Source of the DNA: a virus
Lineage: Duplodnaviria > Caudoviricetes
Virus record (IMG/VR): IMGVR_UViG_3300049043_000233
Coordinates: 1-63,978 of that record
Direction: 5' to 3' (one strand)
Length of the DNA: 63,978 nt
The notes beneath the pieces are model-generated. The model had not been told where the DNA came from. It did no database searches and saw only the letters and a program-made list of their open reading frames with translations. This document shows, piece by piece, positions 59,688 through 63,978 of the stretch (position 1 is the first letter of the stretch; each line of letters opens with the position of its first letter). Made by a program: the position numbers and the translations under genes.

Positions 59688-59771
59688 CGAAATTCTCTTG
59701 TAGGGGATGGTTGAGGCGATCGGCCACCACTGCGCCCGCAAACACTGTTGCGAGCGCGGCTGCTGCCAGGT

Positions 59772-60715
59772 CTACTTTTTTCCCTCCACAAACACCTCCA
59801 CGCCTTTGATGGCTGCAGCAACATCCCCCTCAATGCAAATGGCACGCAGGCAGTCAATCTCCTTAGCCATGTCCGTCTTGGTGATTTTGATGCCCTGATT
59901 TTTTGTCCAAGCGGTGACCATGGTGGTCACGACATTGGCAAACATGGCCTTATCCTGAATGTCATCGCCTTTTGCAAGTCCCAGGGCCTCAAGAGCATTC
60001 TTGCAGGCCATCATGCTTGTGCGCCGATCTGCCAGGCCCAGGGGGTTGGCCTCTCCGAAGCTAAGAAGCGCTGCCTTGCCATCAAACTCACTGGCTCCAT
60101 TGGCGGGAGTAATCCCTCCTTCTCCAGCAGTTGAAACAGGAGCTTTAGCTCCTTCCGTCTCCTTCTTTGTCCGCGAAGGAGGCTTCGGGCCTTCCTGTTG
60201 GAGCGGGAGTTTGGGCGTTGCTTCTTCATCGGCTTTGGGAATGTCTTCACCTGCGTAGAGTTTGAGGCCAAGGCCTGTGAAGGTGGCAATGGCCTTTACG
60301 CTGGCGCGTTGGATGTTGTCGCTGACAGCACGAGCATCGAGTTGCTTAAGGGCCTTGTGCGTGTTGTCCATGAGCGGAAACACCAGCGCAGGCGTGCGCT
60401 TGATGCCGTCCGTCAGATAGGGACGCAGCAGCCAACAGCCCTCTTGGCCAAATACGGGCCAACCAGCACTGCTTTGCTCAAAGGCCACGAAAAAGCCAGG
60501 GAATTGCTCCTTGAGGTAGCGAAAGGCAAAGGGCCATGACAAATAGGATAGGCCTTTGTAGTTCTTTTCTACGTGCTCTCCAATGGGAAGCTCGTAGGCC
60601 TTCGTGAAGGCTTCTGGACTGATCTCCAAGGGGCGAAAATGCCGAGATGGCGCTCGGTCATCATTGCAATTGATGTTTCATCCATGGAAAAATCCTCAGG
60701 GCGATAGGTGAGCAT
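59772..60715 (-). CDS. Sak/DUF1071 (Rad52-like) single-strand annealing protein; probable indel near 60630
   Basis: HVEKN..GLSYLSW..A, FPLMDN, QRASVKAIA..GLGLKLYAGEDIP. Confidence 0.8.
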
Positions 60716-60723
60716 GGTGTGTT

Positions 60724-60906
60724 TCATTCGGCCTCTTGGGGCTCCGGGAAGTTAAGACCAGTGAACACTTCGTAAACGCCGTCTTGGTTGATTTCCACCA
60801 CGGCGGTACCAATTTTTACGCCAGTGTCCTCCTCAAACATGCGCAACACGGCAACCAAATGCGTGTCGAGCTCATTGAGCCTGATAGTAAATTCTTCAAG
60901 ATTCAT
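60724..60906 (-). CDS. Hypothetical protein
   Basis: 60 aa, ATGA overlap. Confidence 0.55.
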   Translation of the reverse strand: MNLEEFTIRLNELDTHLVAVLRMFEEDTGVKIGTAVVEINQDGVYEVFTGLNFPEPQEAE

Positions 60907-61169
60907 GATGCCTCCTTGTCGGAATCAAGCTTGTAGTGATTGTCATAAAAGATGACCACCTTTTGCGCCTTTTCGCCTTCATAAAAGGACAGGCTCTTGC
61001 CGGGCAGGGGCCAGTCATCAACAAGGCGAATGTCGCTGATGCCTTCAGTGGCATCTTCGTCGTAACCCTCATCGAGGGCCGTTTCTTCAAAGCACAGAAG
61101 CACTTCGGCATCGGGACCGGCTTGCGTGACTGCTTTATTCAAAAGCTCCAACAGTTCTTTAAGAATCAT
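60903..61169 (-). CDS. Hypothetical protein
   Basis: 88-aa acidic ORF. Confidence 0.6.
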   Translation of the reverse strand: MILKELLELLNKAVTQAGPDAEVLLCFEETALDEGYDEDATEGISDIRLVDDWPLPGKSLSFYEGEKAQKVVIFYDNHYKLDSDKEAS

Positions 61170-61172
61170 TGT

Positions 61173-61412
61173 TCAATCCTGATAAAAAAGGCAGGCAAAA
61201 TGAGACGGAATGCTTTCGTCCGCATCCTCTTCCTCCGCCAATGAATCGCCCGGCAGATCATCGCCACCACGCAAAATGCGAAGTTTCAGGCTGTGCATTT
61301 CGCTCTCTTCGTCTATATCGCGAGCATAGGCTTCCGAATAGGCGCCAACAGTCATGTCGCCATATTTTTCAATGGCTTTGTTGCAAAGAGAAATGAGTTT
61401 AGAGAGTTTCAT
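61173..61412 (-). CDS. Hypothetical protein, weakly similar to 60903-61169
   Basis: MKLSKLISLCNKAIEKYGD versus MILKELLELLNKAVTQAGPD; both contain LPG.SL and end near FY. Confidence 0.55.
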   Translation of the reverse strand: MKLSKLISLCNKAIEKYGDMTVGAYSEAYARDIDEESEMHSLKLRILRGGDDLPGDSLAEEEDADESIPSHFACLFYQD

Positions 61413-61692
61413 GGGGAACAATGGAGAAATCAGTGACCTCAGGCCAGGCACCATCAGAAAAGACAAACCGCCCTTCTGAAATGTGCTGGCAGCGAATGAG
61501 GCGCTCAAGGGTTTCTGAGCGAGACAAGCCGGCCTCTTGGGCAATGAGACCAAGATGGCCATAGGCTTGGTTTGATAGCGTGAAGTGACGGCGTTGCTTG
61601 CCGCCTTCATAGGGGCTCTTGGGCAATGGCGCTCCCACGGGGAACTTGCCCACAATAGGCCCACCATGCCCCTGTGCAAGCCCTGCTCCCAT
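61399..61692 (-). CDS. Ribbon-helix-helix-like DNA-binding protein
   Basis: RHFTLSNQAYGHL..IA...GLSRSETLERLIR; divergent from the primase. Confidence 0.55.
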   Translation of the reverse strand: MGAGLAQGHGGPIVGKFPVGAPLPKSPYEGGKQRRHFTLSNQAYGHLGLIAQEAGLSRSETLERLIRCQHISEGRFVFSDGAWPEVTDFSIVPHETL

Positions 61693-61799
61693 TAGCGCTG
61701 CTTATGCAGGGGCCGCTTTGATCAGTGGCTCTGCTGGTTTGGTTGCAACTGCTCGGCCTGGCTGCCATGATGGGGAGCGCTTCCTCTTGCCCTTGCTGG

Positions 61800-63759
61800 A
61801 TGGCTTTTTCCATTCTTGACCACCTCGAACAGCTCGAAGCCAGCAACGAGCCAGGAAAATTCGTTTGCCCAGCGTGTGGCGGCAACGACTTCACTGTCAA
61901 CAAGAACACTGGCGGCTACAACTGTTGGCACGATCCCTCTCCCGCCCACAGGGCCGAAATCAGGGACAAGCTCGCTCCCCTCACGCGCTGGGAGAAGCCA
62001 CCCCGCGAGGCTGGTCTTCATCACTTCCCCTATTTCAACAGAAAAGGAGAGGAGATTGTCATTGTCCATCGTGATGATTCGTCCGGCAGCAAACGCATTT
62101 GGCAAGATTTTCCAACCATCGAGGCTGGCGCGGCCAACCACAAAACTCAGCTTCAAGAAATAAAGGCCAACATTCTGCCCTATCGCTTTCTGGAGGCTAA
62201 GGCCGAAAGCGACAAGAGCGGACTGCCTATTTTCATTGTCGAAGGAGAGCTCACTTGTGAGGCCGTTTGGGCCGTTGGACTGCCTGCCGTCACCTTCCTT
62301 GGTGGCAGCAAACAATACCGCACCAACGGCGACTATTCCTCTCTGTTTCGGAATTGCAAAATTGTCCTGTGTCCAGACAGGGATGAGCAGGGCGTGGCCT
62401 TCATGGCCGAAATCGCTTCCGATAATCCAGGGGCAAGCTGGCTTTATGCCGATCCTCGCTCATGGGAATGGGAAAACCTTCCATCGGGCAACGGCTACGA
62501 CCTTGCTGACTACATTGAAGAGGGCGTCACCAAAGGACGATTTACTTTCCTCCATTGGACCATGCCGCCACAAGGGACGAGATGGCAAGCCCTCCTATGA
62601 AGAAATCATTTCTACCATTGAGAACTTCGTCGGTCTGTATGCCAACGATGCTCGTATTGCCTACGAGGCGGCCAATTGGCTAGAGCAACGTGGGCTCAAG
62701 ATGAGCCAGCAAAACATTGACAAAATCGTCGAGGAGGCCAAGGGTCGCATTCATGGTCGCGAAGAAATTGAAACCATTGACGCCTTGACCATCGCCCAAG
62801 CAGACAAGGCTAGGGAATGGTTGATTGCTGGCATCATGCCCCTTGGAAGCGTGATGCTACTGGCAGCATCGGGCGGCACTGGTAAAAGCACCGTTGCTTA
62901 CAACTGGGCTCTCAACGTGGCATTGGGAGAGCGATGGAGCGGAAGAAGGTGCATGCAGGGCAAGAGCCTCATCATTCAAAGCGACGAGCCCCTCGTGGAC
63001 ACCAGCGAGAAACTGGGCGTCATTGGCTATCAAGACGCTGGTCTGGAGCCCGGCACGATTGCCTTCTGGGAGAACTGGCGCTTCGCCCATATGAAACAGC
63101 TCGAAGACTACGTGAGGAAACACCGCCCCTTGTTCGTCACCATTGATTCCCTTACTGCCTGCCTTGCCGGCATGAACGTGGACCTCGTGAAGAGCAACGC
63201 TGGTGATGTCATTTATGGTCTTCGGGACATTGCCAACACTTACAAATGCTCCATCCTCATCCTTCACCATTTGAACAAAAGCGGAGGCTTGCGAGATTCA
63301 ACTAGCTTCGTAGATAATGTGAGCGAAGTGGTGAAACTCACCCGCGATGAACAAAATTACGACCCCAATCAGTTCATTCTTGAATGGATGAAGAGCAGGA
63401 GTGGACTCACTGGTAAGCATGTGCTGAAGCGGGATAGCTTGAACTATGGCTGGCAATACGCTGGACCCATTGGCGGATCTCTAGAGGAACTAGACAAGGT
63501 GGTCAGTGCCATTGAAATGCGAAAGAACGAGCGCTTCAGTAAACAGCAAGTTTCGAGCCTCACGGGGTCATGGGATATTGCCTCGACGGCAAAGATGCTT
63601 GAAGTGGCAAGAAGGCAAGGTCTAATTACTAGCAGTTTTGTTAATGGTCTCAATGGAGAAAAGACAAGGATGTACCACTCGTGGGACTTCGTTGAGCCTG
63701 ATTTTTCCATTGACACTGCTTCGGCTGCAAGCAAGCCTGACGATGATGAATTTTTCTAG
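61800..63759 (+). CDS. Primase-helicase (Zn finger, TOPRIM, RecA-like AAA helicase); frameshift near 62535
   Basis: CPAC..C, IVEGE, PDRDEQG, GYDLAD; ASGGTGKS, VTIDSL, LHHLNK. Confidence 0.88.
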
Positions 63760-63978
63760 ACTGTTGACAAAGCAAAATCATCATGAAACTCTGGCAATCG
63801 GAAGATCAAAGCAATCAGGAAGCGTCCCCAGCAATTGATGTGCCCAAGGAAATCATCGAGGCCGTTGTTGAAGAAGAACAAAATGAAGAAGCCTCGGGCA
63901 TGGGGTTTGGACTGGGAAAGTAGGCTTCTGTCGTGCCTGATCTTCCTTTTCTTGTTGCTTCATGCTCTGGAGGATGGT

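Larger units (their letters stand above)
4800..63978. mobile_element. Siphovirus-type bacteriophage genome (cyanophage-like), incomplete at the right edge
   Basis: Abrupt GC drop near 4800. Terminase, portal, capsid, tail, tape measure, lysis and replication genes follow. The RNR is of the type seen in cyanobacterial sipho/podoviruses. Confidence 0.93.

Noticed and set aside
4800-63978. Amber stop-codon reassignment suggested by the CTA-loop tRNA-like element
   Set aside because: Genes are full length in the standard code and several end at TAG (7288, 27550, 52511, 63759).

Overview
The window has two unrelated parts. Bases 1 to ~4790 are very GC-rich, myxobacterium-like bacterial DNA with many indel errors. 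They encode a MYXO-CTERM secreted protein, a Cys-rich lipoprotein, an enoyl-CoA hydratase and a cupin. From ~4800 to 63978 is a ~50% GC siphovirus that looks like a cyanophage. It carries a compact class I RNR pair, a terminase transcribed away from a DUF1073 portal, a glycosyltransferase/radical-SAM insert in the head module, DUF2213 and a DUF2184 capsid, a long-tail module and tail fibres. Further on are lysis genes, ThyX, dCTP deaminase, a Sak-type annealase, an exonuclease and a primase-helicase. The join is probably an assembly or read chimera. Several phage genes are split by single homopolymer indels. The best candidate for a new system lies inside the tail-fibre locus (42.7-50.3 kb). 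There an arm-less tyrosine recombinase sits next to a co-oriented array of small accessory genes. Short inverted-arm sites, (T/A)AG-N9-CT(A/T), occur at several gene junctions and in-frame inside the mosaic LamG/SPRY tail gene, which suggests an integron- or shufflon-like cassette system. The motif is short, so this is a hypothesis. Other leads are a candidate -1 programmed frameshift in a head-module gene, a tRNA-like RNA with a minimal D-arm, a circularly permuted M23-like domain in the tape measure protein, and a shared promoter 13-mer. All family assignments come from motif recognition; no database searches were run.
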